Shown here: piece by piece, positions 1 to 14,203 of the stretch
Numbering within the stretch: position 1 is the first letter of the stretch
Layout: the number at the start of each line of letters is the position of its first letter
Assembly (NCBI GenBank): GCA_039621445.1
Contig: CP154954.1
Location: 20,260,642 to 20,324,641, forward strand
Reading direction: 5' to 3'
DNA from: Euglena gracilis
Lineage: Eukaryota
Length of the DNA: 64,000 nt
Program-made: the position numbers and the translations under genes
Notes under the pieces: model-generated
The model's database searches: none
The model's input: only the letters and a program-made list of their open reading frames with translations
Told to the model about the DNA's origin: nothing

Positions 1-3000
1 CAATATCACCCCCCCCCCAGTCAAGACTTTGGTAGGGTACCATGTCAGCTGATGAAGATTCCTTCGGAAAAAGGAAAATTTTGGCAAAACAGGAATAGGT
101 GCCCCTGGAAAAACGGGAATAGACAGTGGGGGTGCCGACCCCCCCCCACCGAGAACACAGCAAACCATGGGTTTCCCGGGGATCCCATTCAGCCTTGTTC
201 GGCCGATCACCACTAATCTCCCCCCCCCTTCAAACTCTACGGATTGGTTTGTGCAACCTAGACAAGCCCCACAGTGAACATTCACCGCCGATCCTGATTT
301 CATCCTCAGGTGTTGTATCATTATCAGGTGTGTTCTCCCCCCAAGGCTTTCTGGCCCAGAAACGAAAGACAACGTTGGGAAGGACATGGGGGGGGAGGGG
401 GCTCTTCCCGTGCCGACGTCTTTCCGATCAGGGTTTGCGGTGGCGGCGACCCGCGATGCTGGCGGAGCGATGCCCGAGACCGCCGCTGCGCTGAGTCGAC
501 CGCGCCATGCTTGCCGCGACCCCCGCATTGCGTCCCCCTCTCTGCCCAGGGGTCGGCGTGTGCCCGTTCCTGCGAACATTTGAGGGGTAAAACGAGTGGT
601 GTTAATGCGGGGCCTCGTGCTACCAGTAACAGGAAAGATAACCAATAGATATGTCAAAATCTTCGTCCCAAAACCAATCAAACTCAGTCCAAAGAGCGTC
701 CGATTTGTGATGATCGCCAACGTTACAAGGAAACAGGACTGCGGGAAATTGTTTATTGCTTTTTTTTGTGAAGCTTTGACCGCGAAGATTTGGGCCATAA
801 GCACCTCCTCCCCACTTGTGAAATACCCAGTCCCGAATGCCCACGACCCAGCCAACAGCCACACTCGGCTAATAGTATCTCAGCTGCTGCGGTGCGGGGC
901 TGCCATTTGTTGTATTTCCGTGACATTTGGGTGGTCCAATTGTCGTGGCCGATTCCTGGCCCCCTCCCGGAACACACCTTTCGCCGGCCCTTCCCCAGCG
1001 TCGCTCCCCCGGCGCCTCCCGCCACCGCTGCCCACCGTCTTTGGTGTGCCTGCCGCTGGCTTTGAAAGGAGTGCACTCTGTTTCCGCGGGTGCTCTTCCG
1101 CTGTGTGAAGGCCCGCAGCATGGGGATGGCCTGTTTTCCCGTCCCCACATGTGCCACGGTGTGCTGTTTGCAGACGCCATTTCTGCTCAGGAGGCGATGT
1201 CGTCACCCGCAGCCCTCTTTTGCCCTTTGCTGCGCTTGAAGTTGCCGCTTTCTTGCTCGCCGCCAGCTTCTTGACGTTCGCAAGACGGCTCTTTCCCCGG
1301 CGTCGGGTATGGGCGTCCAACACAAACCATCATCCAATCGGTGCATATACTGCCTCGCAAAACGAAGACTGGAAGACTGGATCCAACCCCCCCCCCAGAG
1401 ATCGCAGGCTGTGTGTTGGCACATCCATCTCTCCATTGGATCAACAGCGTGGCTTCAGCGTCCTTTGCTGGGAGCAAGGCTTGTCGAGTTTTGCATTAAT
1501 CCATCCTGTCTTCCTGTGCCCATTCAACACCGGAAACACGTTGTGTAAACCTGATCACAACCAAACATCCCAGACTTCCAGATATCATTTACCGGACATC
1601 ATTTGTCTCTTCAGATGCTGTCTTTGATCACTCAACCCGTTGAAGGATTCCCCAACACTGACATGCGATTTGCAGTCTTTCAGGTCCCTTTTGTTGCCAA
1701 TGTCTGGCAAGCTTAACCAGCCAATGTCGGAGGAAACCGTTCAGGGGTGGTTAGTTCCAGGTTCATTTTTATCGCAATCACCAATGCTGAAGACTCCAAA
1801 GCAGAGCAGACGCTCATGGACCAATGCGTTGCACATTCAAACCACTATCTGTCCCAAACCATTACCTGTGCTTTAATATGCCACACTCATCTGAAAGGCC
1901 TGTGGCTGGGATTCGGGCCACTGCGGTTGCACAGACAGTTTGCATGGTTCTCCGGCAGCAATGTGTGACGCATTCTATATGCACTGTTTCTGTCTTGTTC
2001 GGGTCTCCTAACCTTCTTCGCTTCATTCTTTGAGATATTTTTCCACAAAAAATATCCTTCAAAAATCAATTCCAACGGCAGAAGGTGCCAAAGGAAATTT
2101 TGGCACCACTGGAAAATGAGAAAAGCTGACAAAGGGGGACCAAACCAACGCTTCCCGCATGCCCCTTTTGGCCCTGGTTATTTAGGGCTTTTTCGAAGAT
2201 TTTCGAGTATTTTTTTTAAAAAAAAATACGGCTGCTTCGCTTCCCCTTCCCCTTTCCAAGGATGAAGGCTTTTAAGGCATTTTTTTAGGTTTTTTGAAGA
2301 CTTTTTAAGGTTTTAAAATTTGAAGGGTTTTCAGCTGTTTTTTTTGTTCTTTTTTTTGAAACGTGCAATGATTGTGCTTGCGTGTTTTTTTAAAAGAAAA
2401 ATGTAAACCCAGTTCAAGACATCCACAGTGTTCGTGAAATGTTGTTGCATAATGGAGATTTTTTTTCGCAGACATGAATTTTTTTGATCTTTATCAACGT
2501 AAATGTGTACAGTCCGACATGGTGAAAAAATATATCGTCATGCTTTTCTTAAAGGCAATTTAAGTCATTTCATTTTTCAAGGCTTTGGAGCCTTGAAGAG
2601 GTGTAGGGCCTAAATTTCTCCCTCGACAGTCTGCGTACTTCTTTTCCAGGATGGCCGCACCCCCGGGGGTGTTGTAAGCAGGTGGAGGGGGGCGCGTTTT
2701 CATCAACCCCCAGAGGCCTCCCCAAAAACCCTGCGGCAGGGTTGGATATAAGGACTGAAGGAGGGTGTGTGGAATTTAGGCGGCCCCACCCCTCCCCCCT
2801 CCTCCATCTCTTGAAACCTTGGGGTAGAATGCCCCGCCAAAAAAAGATCAAATTTTCTTTTCCGGCACTTCGTGCCAAAAACATTTGGGAATTTCGACAT
2901 TTTTTTTACCCCCCTGTCCCGCTTGGCCCGGGGGGCGGGGGGGTCGACCCCCTCACCTGCCATATCGAACCCTGAGCTGCAGACAGAAGCCAGCCATCTC

Positions 3001-3527
3001 CGAATGGCGGTGCTGTGCCTGAGGGGCGGGAAGTCTTGCTGGCGCACGAAACTGAGTGGTCCGGTGGTCCAGTGGTCCTCTCGGCTCGGGTTGACCCAGG
3101 CCAATTTCCCTTTTAAGACAGACTCCAATTTTTGGACACCCGGCGCTGGGCGGTGTGCTATCCCCCCATCAGTCAATCATTTAGTCACTGGCCGACCCCC
3201 CCCCCCGGGGGGGGGGGGTGACTGGTTTTTCCAGAGTGACTGACTGGTTTTTGGTCCGGACCCCCTCCCTCCCCGGGGGGGGGGGGGCAAAAAACCGCCA
3301 AAATGACCCGGCGCCGAAGGCACCGGAAATTTTTATTTGTCCTTTTTTTTACATGTTTTGGGTCAAAATTCCCTTTGGATTGCAGAGTGGCCGACCCCCC
3401 AGGGGGGGGGTTGACTGACTGGTTTCACAAAAAAAAGTGACTGACTGGTTTTTCAAAAGTGGAGTGACCCCCCTCCCCCCGGGGGTCGATAAAAAAGGTA
3501 TGCCCCCCACCCATCCCCGCCCTTCAG

Positions 3528-4275
3528 GTCTCAACATCGACTGCAGCGCCTGAGGGGTTTCTGTCAGATCCCCACCGTGAGGTTGGAGGGCATCCGTGGC
3601 TGCGCCAAACCGGAGGGGCCGAAGCGCTGAGGCGACCTGAGGGCAATCCGTTGCCTCAGCCGGATGAGTTTGGACTGCGAAAGGTATTGACTCCACTGAA
3701 CTGAGCTGCTTTTTTTTTTGTGAGCGTGCTGCATACCTCGGTTTTCTTTCGGTTCAATGGTGTATTGTTTAATTGTGCTGGAGTTCAGAGTGTGTCGCAT
3801 TGCCAGGAGTGGACCAAGTGCTTCGTGCCGGACGCCCCCGAAGTTGCTTTGGCGGACGTTTCGGAACATCTTCAAAAGCACGTGTATGATGTCCTGGTGG
3901 ACGTGCGCGATGCGCGGCTACCAGGCTTCTGCTTAAGGGATTGCAGTACCCCCCCCCCGGGGCTGGACTGCAGCTAGTCCAATTTTGGCTAGTGGATTTC
4001 TAGCAGACCCCCCCCCCGGGGGTCTGCTGCAGGGCTAGCTAGTGGAATTTTTTTCCAGTGACCGGCGTGAAGCGCCGGAAATACGGACCCGAACCCCCCC
4101 CCCTCGGGGGGAGGGGGGTTCTAGCTATTCCATTTTTTCCAGTGTTAGCCGATTGGCTAGCCAGTACCCCCCGGGGATCCTTAAGCACAAGCCTGGCCGC
4201 TACCCTCACCACATCTCCCTCCCTCCACAATACCAGGGATTGGCCAAAGTTTGTGGCAGGTGTGTTGTGTGTGTT

Positions 4276-4315
<40 letters not shown>

Positions 4316-4328
4316 CGGGCGCGCGCTG

Positions 4329-4383
<55 letters not shown>

Positions 4384-7300
4384 TGGGTGCGTGGGTGTGT
4401 GTGTGTGTGTGTGTGTTGGTGTGTGTGTGTGTGTGTGTGTTGGTGTGTGTGTTGGTGTGTGTGTTGGTGTGTGGTGGTGTGGGTGTGTTTGTGTGTGTGT
4501 GTGTGTGTGCGTGCGTGTTGTGTGGTGGGGCAAACCTTTAAATCAAAGTCTGATGGAATCCATAGCAAGATAGCCCGACAATGTCTTTTGAAATGTTTTT
4601 TTTAAAAATATTTTTTCCTGTCAAAGGTTGAACATAAGGTAGCATGTCTTATGAAGACAAGCCGAACGTATCTAACTGCTGGTCAAACTTTGTGGGGGGT
4701 GGGCTAGTTTCCCGGTTTCGCTGTTTCCGACTCGGCTGCTGATTTCTGTTGCATGCTGCGGTGGTGTTCATTGGCCCGTGCCAACCCCCCTCCCTCCCCC
4801 TGCCATCGCCGGCCTCCCTCCCAGGCCCACATCGTGTGCTACACCCACGCGGAACGGCTCCGCCGGGAGGACATCGACCGAGTCGCGGCGTGGACGGAGC
4901 ACACCCACGGCCCCTCCGCCCAGCAGCCGTCTCTTCTTTCCACCACGGTGCCCGTTGGCCCCTCGTGGGCTGAGGGCTGGGCCGCCGACTGCTGAATGCG
5001 CTGCCGTCTTCTTCCTGAATCTGCGGCGTGTGCGGCGGATGGACCGGAAGCAGCCCTGGCGACTCCTTTCCCCACCCACATGGTGGACTCGGGCGAGGGG
5101 TTGGTGAGAGGTAGGGTGTTGGTTTGTGTAGAATGGGGACATTCTTAATTGCCGGCCAGGGTTTAGGGCAGGGTAAAGGGGAGGTACGGGGTCAGGGTTT
5201 GCGACAGCGTTGGGGTTGGGTGGGACACCAGGCCCCCACCTACTACCGGACCAAGTATGGACACGGATGCGCGCCCAACAGCAAGGAACGCCGTCCAGCC
5301 GGCAGGCCACGCGTCGCACGTGCCCACGCTCCGCACCGTTTCAACCGATACATCCGGGACCTAACTCCGGTGTCCAGCCCCGACAAAGGTCCGGCATCAC
5401 CGCCAACAACAGTCATCCGCCTGCGGGCATGGGTGTCAAACGGGGGTCATCCCGGCCCGCCGGAAACGAGGGACCGCCGTGCCCGGACCCCGAGGGGCCC
5501 CCAGCCCCCGGCCAGCGCCGCCCTCCAGCCCCTGCGGCGGGCGGTGGCCGCCGCGTGCCAGGCCGGCGGGGGCGCCGAGGCGCTGGTGGCGGGCCTCCCC
5601 AACGCCGGCAAGAGCAGCCTGCTGCACCCCTTGGCCCGCCGGTTCCGGCAGGCGGCGTGGAAGCGGAGGTCCGAGGACCACATGCCCCAGGTCCAATCCG
5701 GAACTCGTGGTGGGGGACCCCCTGGGTGGGGGGACCCCCGATCTCAAGAAAATCCCTGACATATGTGTATTGCATCAAAGATCACCTCCTGACCCCCCGT
5801 GGGAGGTGGTCCAGCCAGTCATAAGCCATTTTCCACCTCCCCCATCGAGGTATTTTTTAATTTCTTTCCAGTTGCATTTTGGGCGGCTGGATAGTTGCGG
5901 AGTTTTTGCCTTGGTGGGTTCCAACGTGGCAACATGCCAAATTTCAGCAAAAGTGCGTCGAAAATTGCCCAAGCACTTTAAATTTTGGGTCTGAAAATTC
6001 ATATCTTAAAATTTTGATATTTTTTGGACTTGTCTGTTGTTTTAATTTTTTTGGCACCCGGTAAGACCCCTGGGGTGGCCAGCCTTGATCCAGCCAGCCC
6101 AAAGCCTCTGATCTTCTTTCCCTGCCTGTTTCATTTCTTTTCTCCTCAGAGCTTGCACCCAAATCAAATTCGTCCTATTTGGTGCTGCCTTGCAAAAAGA
6201 ATGTAAATACAATATGGTTGACATGGCATGTTTCACTGAAGATGCCTTTACTCAGTATTTCAGACCGATTGACTGGTCGGTCAGAAATCCCGACCAGTTT
6301 TTCTTTGGCTCAATAACCCAGGCGAGGGATTTGGCCAAAATTGTGAAGTGGCTCCGCTCCTGCGCACCAAATTAAATGCGGACATTTCTCTTCGCCTCTT
6401 CGACCAATTTTCCCAACGTGGCTGGCAAGCACCTCCAATGGTGCATCCCGACAAATCCCGATGAATCCCGACAAATTGTGACAGATCGCGACAACACGTA
6501 TTTGGCCTCCTTGAGGTGGGGGTTCCATCAAATCCCGACAAAGCCCAACCAATCCCGACAACAGCGTCAAAATTTGTGACCAGGGATGAAGTTGCCAAGT
6601 CAGCATGATTTGGTTGGCTTTCTGTTTTGCACAGTTTTTTTTTTGTGAAACCACATAAAGAATTTGCATGAAAAAAGCTTCGTCACACATCAGATATGGC
6701 CAGGACCCAGCTCCAACGTGCAGAAGACAACAAACCCCGAAAAATCCCGACAAATCCCGCGGCCAGCACCCAATTATCAGACTTTCTGGAGGTGCGTGGT
6801 GGCTGCCTAACCCGGGTGGGAGGTGGTGGCCAGGTTGCCTCTGAGGGAAAAGTTGCTGACTGGTGGGTGGGCGAATGAAAGGAACCCCCCAAGGGTCGGC
6901 CAACAGTCAATGATCCCGAACGCATTAACTTCAGGTGGTTTTTGGCCAAACATCGTCCCTTCGGCCGGCGTTAAACCCTGGGATGGGTCAGGGGCCCCGC
7001 CGCCCCCGTCACAGGTCGCCTGCAAGCCGGGCACGACCACCTCCGTCCTGCCCTACCCCATGCCCAGTCCCTGTTTTGCTGTTCCCCCACTCCCAGAGAG
7101 CGAAATGGGGGGAAGGGAATTTGTGGTACCGCCCATCCGAAACCACGCCGTGTTCAGAATCAACAAGGGGGTACATGGGCTTTGGGAGCCCACTTGTTGT
7201 TGTTGTTGTTGTTCTTGTTGTTGTTGTTGCAATTGCACAAGTGGTCCAAAATTAATATATATTTTTGAGGCTTTTTTAGTGGTGATTTTTGAGACAAAAG

Positions 7301-10300
7301 GAGAATAAGAAGAACAGCGCGCACAAAGTGGAGGCGTTCGTACAGCATTCCTGAGCACATATGTACATGTGCATATGCAGCATATGCAGCATGTCTGAGA
7401 GGGTCAAAGAAAGTTTGTCAGGGTATTGCACCATGTGCCATAAATTCAACGTGTACACACATTCACGTAATCTGCAAACCGGTCGTCTGTGTGGTCAGTT
7501 TGTGAAATCCCACAAGTAATTCATGTGTTCAAACGGACCACTTGCACTATTGTGGGAACGTCTGTTCCCGTAATTACACAAGTGGAATATTCCCGCAGTT
7601 GCCCAAGTGGTTGGTTTGCACATTTTGCAACTGCTTTGTGTGTGCAGTTGCGCACGGAGACCGACTGGGACAATTTTTTTTAAAAAAAAGTCAAAGTGCA
7701 AGCTCGCCAAGTAGCAAACATGGTGCACGTTTGAAAGTTGTGTGTGTCGAAAGACCGGGGAAAAAAAGCCGGCGTTCCATGGCTTATGCAGTGCATCCAA
7801 CCAAGTCAGGCGGCCGATCTTGCACTTAAAACGGCATTGGTTTTGCGGAACTGTGCAAACGGACGGTTTGTGTTTTTTGAAAGTCCCAACAAATGGCGCC
7901 TAAACCTGTTAATTTGATCAGGATGTGGTCTGGTGCCCCAGGACGGTAGAGGGTGGTTCAAAGACTTTGACCTGTACGGTATTCATGGGGCAGGTGCCCC
8001 AAACAGCATACAGCGCATGGACACCCAGTATGTGTGCTTGGGGAACTCCCAACGGCTGCCTCATCAACTTGGGGTGTCGTGGGGCAGACGACATCGAGCC
8101 CTCCCCAAACACGTACACTAAGACGCCGGGGAACAACGTTCGCATGAGCAGTCGGGGCCGAAACGCTTGGGGGCCGGGGGCGGCCCCTCTCCGTCTGCCT
8201 GGGAGCAAATGCCGGCCCGCACCGCCGGGCCTGTCCCCCAGCGTGCCGGCCGCAGTGGCTCTGGGGCATCGACACCCCCGGGCTGGACCCCCCAGCGGCG
8301 GCGTTCCACGCGGACCCGGAGCTGGGCTTAGGGGCTTTCTTAAGCCGGAGGGTCCTACCCCCCGGGGGGGGGGGGTCCAGCCAGCCAGCACGTTTTATCC
8401 AGCCAACAACTCCCCCCCCCCGTGTTCGACGAAATGAAGTTGGGGCTGGGACAAAAAACCACCAAAATTTATTTCGAAAAAAATTGGGGAAGGGGCCAAA
8501 AATGGTTTTTTTTTGAGGGGATTTGGGGCTTTCACCTGATGTTTTTTTTTTTGAAAAGTCCCAACTCAGCTGAAATTGCACTTTTCTTTTGGCCGTTTTT
8601 CGGGTGCCAGGCAGGTCCAGCTGCCTGCCACCCCCCCCCCCCCCCCCCCCAGACCCCCCACCCCCCAGATGGATTCCAACCATCACCTTTTTTCTCTGGC
8701 TGCACCTTTTTCTAGCCGGCCCATGCCCCCCCCCCCCCCCTCGGGGGCCATAAGAAAGCCCCTGGCTTGGCTTCAAGCTGTTCCTCACGGGCCACCTGCG
8801 CCGGGGCAGGGCCCCGTGTGCGGTGGACGTTGCCGACTACGTGCTGTGGAAGTGCAATTGGGTGCGTCCCCTGTGGCCTGGCCCTCGGGGGGGGCTGGAA
8901 TGTCGCGGCAGGTTTTATCCGTTGGAGGCTGGCAGGCGCCGGAGGAGGAGGAAGAGATCTGTGTGGGTGCGCTCCGGTGCAAAAGCTATGACGTCCAATA
9001 TGTTCATGTGGGATGAGTAACCCACGTGTGCACGCAAACCAATCACCCCCCACCAATTGAAATTGCGCTTCAATTTTGGATTTTGGTATTCGTTTGGGTT
9101 TGCATCATTTTGGGGACTGTGTTTAATGGATGGCCACCTTTGGAAATTGCCATTTTGTTGTTTTCACAGCAAAATTGCTGGAAAGATCAACAATAAAAAC
9201 CTATGGGTGTTGTGCTTTGCCCCATTGGGATTTGTCTTTTTTTAATTTAATGGCTGTCAATCCATGCAAAGTTTGGAAAGGGTCACCGTGTCTTCCAGGG
9301 TTCACCCATACGACCAATACAACTACCAGCGATGAGAACCCCAAGCTCCAATGTCTTTTCCGGGCTTCTGCTTAAGGAAATGGGGGGGTTGCTATGGGCA
9401 GGCAGGGAGGGGGGGGGCAGGGGGTTGAAAGTGGGTTGGCAGTGCTATGGCACACCCCCCCGGTGCTGAAAGGCGCCAGTCATTTTTTTCACATTTTTCA
9501 AACATGGGTGGGTCGGAATTTTTAAAGCTCAGGCTTGGGCAGGCACCGATGTCCGAACGCCCCCTCCCCGAGGGGGGTGCTCGCAATGAGCAGGCACCCC
9601 ATAGCACCCAACCCCCAGGGGGGTTGGTAAACAGAAGCCTGGTCTTTTGTTATCTTATAACTCAGACAGAAACCCACATGCACACACATATACACACAGA
9701 CACATACATACGCCCGTAATTGCATACACACAACAACACATATGCAGACGCGTGCATCCACACAGACATGCATACACAATCACACACATACGCAGACACA
9801 TACACACACACATACATATATACTCACATACCGACACACACATACATGCATGCATTCGCACATGCACACATACAGGCACATGCATACACATATACACACA
9901 GGCACGCACATGCATAAACACACATACAGACACAAACATCCACACAGGTGCGCACAGACACAAGGCTTTTCATCTTGGCATTTTTCTTTTTTGTTGCATC
10001 CATGCATCCAATGCATTTCGGAAGCAGGGGGTTGCTGCCAGGGGCCGACGGATGACATCCAGCTGATCCTGCGGCAGTTTATGGGAGAGGCCGACCACGG
10101 TGTGGCCTGGCACCCCGTGCAGCCACTGCTCCAATTTCCCTCCCTCCCAAGGTTGTGGAAAACATTTTTTTTTTAAGTTTTATAAAATTTTCATGGAATG
10201 CAACCAGTGTGCATCACATACTGCACATGTCACATGATGTTCACTTGCTGTGTTTGCTGGCACATCGGTGTCTACACAGCTCCACATGCATGTGCATTGC

Positions 10301-10934
10301 ACACATGCGTTGATGGGACCCTTTTGGCCCTCTCTCACCATGCCCGGGCACCGGCTCCCTCCCTGCCGCCCGCAGGCGACCCGCGGGCGGCGGCCCGGGC
10401 GGCGGAGTGCTTCCTCGGGTTGGCCGCAGAGCACGGCTTCGACCGCCTCGTGCTGGACCCATTGCCGCTGCCCGCCGGAGCCCCCAGCCAGGCTTTTTTT
10501 TTTTAACTCGGAAGACCCCCCGAGGGAGGTCCCACGCCCCCACAGCGTATGTCCTACGTCCAGGGTATGTCCCTACAGCGCTGGAATTACCCCAGAGTTG
10601 CTCACCGGGCGAGGGGGAGCCACACACGAGCACTGGTGTCAGGGGTCCCTGGCCACTCACCACACAAATTGGGCCAGAAGCGAAGAAGTTAGTGCCGGCC
10701 ATAAACCGACAAGAAGCCTTGGTGCAACTGAGGGGGTACTGGGTGGGGGGGGGGAACCCTCCGGGGACCTTAAATAGGAAGCCTGCTCCCGGCACCTTGA
10801 CGCGGCCGCTCCACTTCCCGGGGGAGGGGCCGATCATTGCCACCAATTTCCGGCCGGAGAGTTTCCGTGGGCCTCGGCTAAGGGTGGTCGCCCCCCCCCC
10901 TCTTTTGGTTTCCCTGCTGTTTGAGCAACGCTGA
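3528..10934 (+). CDS. Circularly permuted GTPase, RbgA/YlqF/MTG1 (GTPBP7)-like, paralog 1; multi-exon, 5' end not determined
   Basis: Hand-assembled exons: 3528-3683, 3807-3918, 4201-4230, 4808-4917, 5000-5047, ~5505-5690, 7015-7061, 8240-8325, 8770-8861, ~8902-8929, ~10043-10099, 10376-10485, 10791-10934. Motifs occur in cpGTPase order: VLVDVRDARLP, HIVCYTHAE (G4-like), VFFLNL (G5 region), VAGLPNAGKSS (G1), KPGTT (G2), IDTPG (G3), C-terminal 'AAECFLGLAAEHGFDRLVLD', ending QR* at 10934. Further upstream exons (e.g. ~2980-3093) are likely. Junctions near 5505 and 8861-10043 are uncertain. Confidence 0.85.
3922..4195. mobile_element. hAT-like MITE (family 1) forming non-canonical intron 3919-4200 of GTPase gene 1
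   Basis: TIRs caggcttctgcttaagg / ccttaagcacaagcctg. Flanking 8-mers gcggctac / gccgctac (7/8). Removing 3919-4200 restores DARLP. Same family as 56242-56630. Confidence 0.85.
4258..4525. repeat. (GT)n/(GCGT)n microsatellite in intron
   Basis: Direct inspection. Confidence 0.95.
8329..8764. mobile_element. MITE forming non-canonical intron 8326-8769 of gene 1
   Basis: TIRs taggggctttctta / taagaaagcccctg. 8-mers gctgggct / gcttggct (7/8). Removal gives DPELG|FKLF in frame. Confidence 0.8.
9677..9962. repeat. Degenerate (CA/TA)n low-complexity tract
   Basis: Direct inspection. Confidence 0.85.
10489..10785. mobile_element. MITE forming non-canonical intron 10486-10790 of gene 1
   Basis: TIRs caggcttttt..taa / ttaaataggaagcctg. 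8-mers cccccagc / ctcccggc (6/8). In-frame join AGAP|GTLT. TIR resembles 57696-57965. Confidence 0.75.
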
Positions 10935-12687
10935 GACATCCATTTGCCCAGGTTCAAAACGGTTTGAAAGGCAGGGCGGAGACGCAAAAAAGGATGTATC
11001 TGTTAATGTTTTCATCGAGTCAAGAAAGATGAACAGGGGACACAGAGGCAGCACCAGGTTGTTGATCTCGAGTTGGCGTGCCACGCGCTCGGGTGTGGCC
11101 ATGGGTGACCCAGCGGGTGTCCAGGGGGTGTACATGAAATGTCCCTTGGACATTTCATGTACCTCACCCCACAGTCAGCCTCCAGTCCCAAGGCCTCTCT
11201 CAGCCCATTGGGTTGTGATCGTGTGTGTGCACACTGGCACTTCCCCACCCATGTAGCAATGCCCCAGCTAGCTCTACCGCAAAAAATTGAAGCCAGTCCT
11301 GTGAGAGTGCACTTTGTGACAATAAGCTTTATCTGGCTCCTTTCATATCATAAGGGATCAATCAGGCAAGAGATTTTCTTTTGTTCTCAAGGATTGGCCT
11401 CTTTTTGCACAGCACGTTGCAGCAGAGCAGGGGGTAGGGCAGGGGCATTCAGGGGAGGGGAACGCAAATGCGTTTGTATTTTTTGATTTTGGCAAAAATT
11501 GCGTTTTTTTTTTGGCGCTTTTTTTTGCATTTTTCCCCGCGATTTTCGGATTTTTGTTGGAAAATTTTTGACCATGAAAAATTCCTTATTTTGTCCCCGA
11601 TTTTCCCCGAGACCTAAAATTTTGTCAAATTTTTTTGTCATTTATGCTTTTTGGGGCAAAAAAAATGCTTATGCTAAGTCCTTTCTTTTTTATTTTTAAG
11701 TCCTTTTTTTATTTTGTTTTTATTTTTATGCTAACTCCTCTCCAGTGGAAAAGTGTACATCCTGGGGGAGCTCCTAAAGGATTTTACATGCAATTTTTTG
11801 TGTTTTTTTGCTTTCTTTTGTGTTTATTTGCGGTTTTTTTGCGGCGCGGTTTTTTTTTTTTGAGGGTCCACGTTGTGCCCCCCCCCCTTGGGGCATTGCT
11901 GCGTAGGGTGGGGCTGCGCCAGTGTTCACACACCATCACCTCTACCAATGGGCTGGCAGAGAGTATAAGGTTGCTGATGACTCAAATCCCTTGATGTCAA
12001 TACTAAAGGTCGTTTATTGCAATGCAGAAGGTTAAAATGGGCCACTGCATTCGGAGGGTCAAGATTCTGTGCCGAATAATGTCCACCTTTGCCAGCAGGC
12101 ATCGACGTCGGATTTGCCTGTGTCGGAGTCCGGAACATCCCATGCGGGGGAGCCATTCTTTGCTTCAAGGTCCACACCCTTGGAATGGCTTGATTATTTG
12201 TCTGGCATCATAACAGCTTCGCCTACGACCCATCGTTTGGTCCCTCCAGATTGTTGTTGCTTTTATGGATTCGTCTCACCCGTGTGAAGTGTTGAGGAAT
12301 GACCCTCAAATCACCACTCCTTTTGCAACCAACCGGGCAGGGCATTTGCCTTGTACAAGGATACGCACCGTTCCACCCCGCACGCGTGCAGACCAGCGCT
12401 GCCCCCCCCCCCCCCGCCCCCCGCTGAAGGCATAAGCATTGTCACAGGGCGGCATGGAGCTCCTGGGTCCAGGGCTTGGCTTCGCCCACAGCGCAGCTTG
12501 TTGCATCTTCTGATCTTTCCTGTCTTTAAACCTGTTTATAGTCATGTGGGAAGACCCTCGAAAAGGGCATTACATCAGGAAGGTCCATTTCTTTCAGGTG
12601 GCCTCAACAAACTTTTTCTGCGTCGGCTGCAGTCAAATTCCACCACCATTCCAATTTTCTTCTGTGTACATTGAGGATTTGTACATT

Positions 12688-13052
12688 CAGGGTTTGATAT
12701 AAGGAGGGCGTACATGGTTTAGGTGCCCACCCCCCCCCCCTCCTGCCCGCTCCGGACCACCCCCCCCCACCTGCCAGGGGGGTCCGGACCGACCCTCGGG
12801 GGGGTTCCCGGGACCCCCCCCCAAAAAGGGTCAATTTTTTCCTCCGGCGCTTCGCGCCGAAAATTTTTTGCATTTTTGGCACATTTTTGCCCAAAAAGTG
12901 CCATTTTGGTCGTTTTGGGGGGTCAAAAATTTTCGGCCACCCTGACCGCGCACCTGTTTAGGTGGGGGGGGTGTCCCCCCCCCCCCCCCCCCTCCTGGCC
13001 CGCAGGGGGGGGTCCGGACCACCCCCCCCACCTGTCCTTATATCGAACCCTG
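12688..13052. mobile_element. Family-2 MITE
   Basis: cagggtttgatataagga ... tccttatatcgaaccctg; no clear TSD retained. Confidence 0.7.
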
Positions 13053-13647
13053 CCCTCAATTCTTCCCAACCACATGTTACCTCGGGCCAACATTGACCAT
13101 TTCATGTTATCCAAAATCCAGTGTCTTTTCAGAAAATTCTCCTTGAAGAGGGTCTGTATGCAAGGGCAACAAAAATCAACCTGTCGGGTTAACTTTAGGG
13201 GGAGGGGTTATGTTGACCCACCTGGCTGGCAGGAAGAAATGGGGTCAGAACCGACGTTGGGGCAGGAACATCATCTCCTTCTTGTTTTGTTTAAAAGTGA
13301 ACCAGCGGTGCTACGCTGAGGTGTGCGTGCATACACGTGATTGTTTGTGTGGGTGTGGGTGGGTGGGTGGGTGGATGCGTGCATCAGCGTGAGCTGCATC
13401 CTTCCTTGGGTGTTAAAGCCAGAGCCCTGTGCGAGGTTTCTGGTCTGAACCTGAAGATGACGATGCCTCGCTGGGGACTCCTCACGTGGCTGGTCTGTTC
13501 TGTCCGAACGAAAATTGTGACTTCTTTGCAACCTTTACCAAGTCGGCCCCGGTTACGAGGCTGTCCAAAAGTGAAAGTGCTTTCGACTTTCTGGCCCGCT
13601 GTGATCAACCACTCAGTCAGTGTGGACCGTATATTAATTTTGAGTGC

Positions 13648-14203
<556 letters not shown>

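Noticed and set aside
380-2000. GC-rich open segments (e.g. MLAATPALRPPLCP at 507; 940-1320; 1640-1960) as 5' exons of GTPase gene 1 or as a minus-strand gene
   Set aside because: Several frames are open, there are no motifs, and I could not fix the junctions; plausible but unsupported.
6280-6960. Recurrent aatcccgac motifs as a CRISPR-like array
   Set aside because: Units are only ~9-11 bp with irregular spacing in a eukaryotic intron; more consistent with transposon subterminal repeats.
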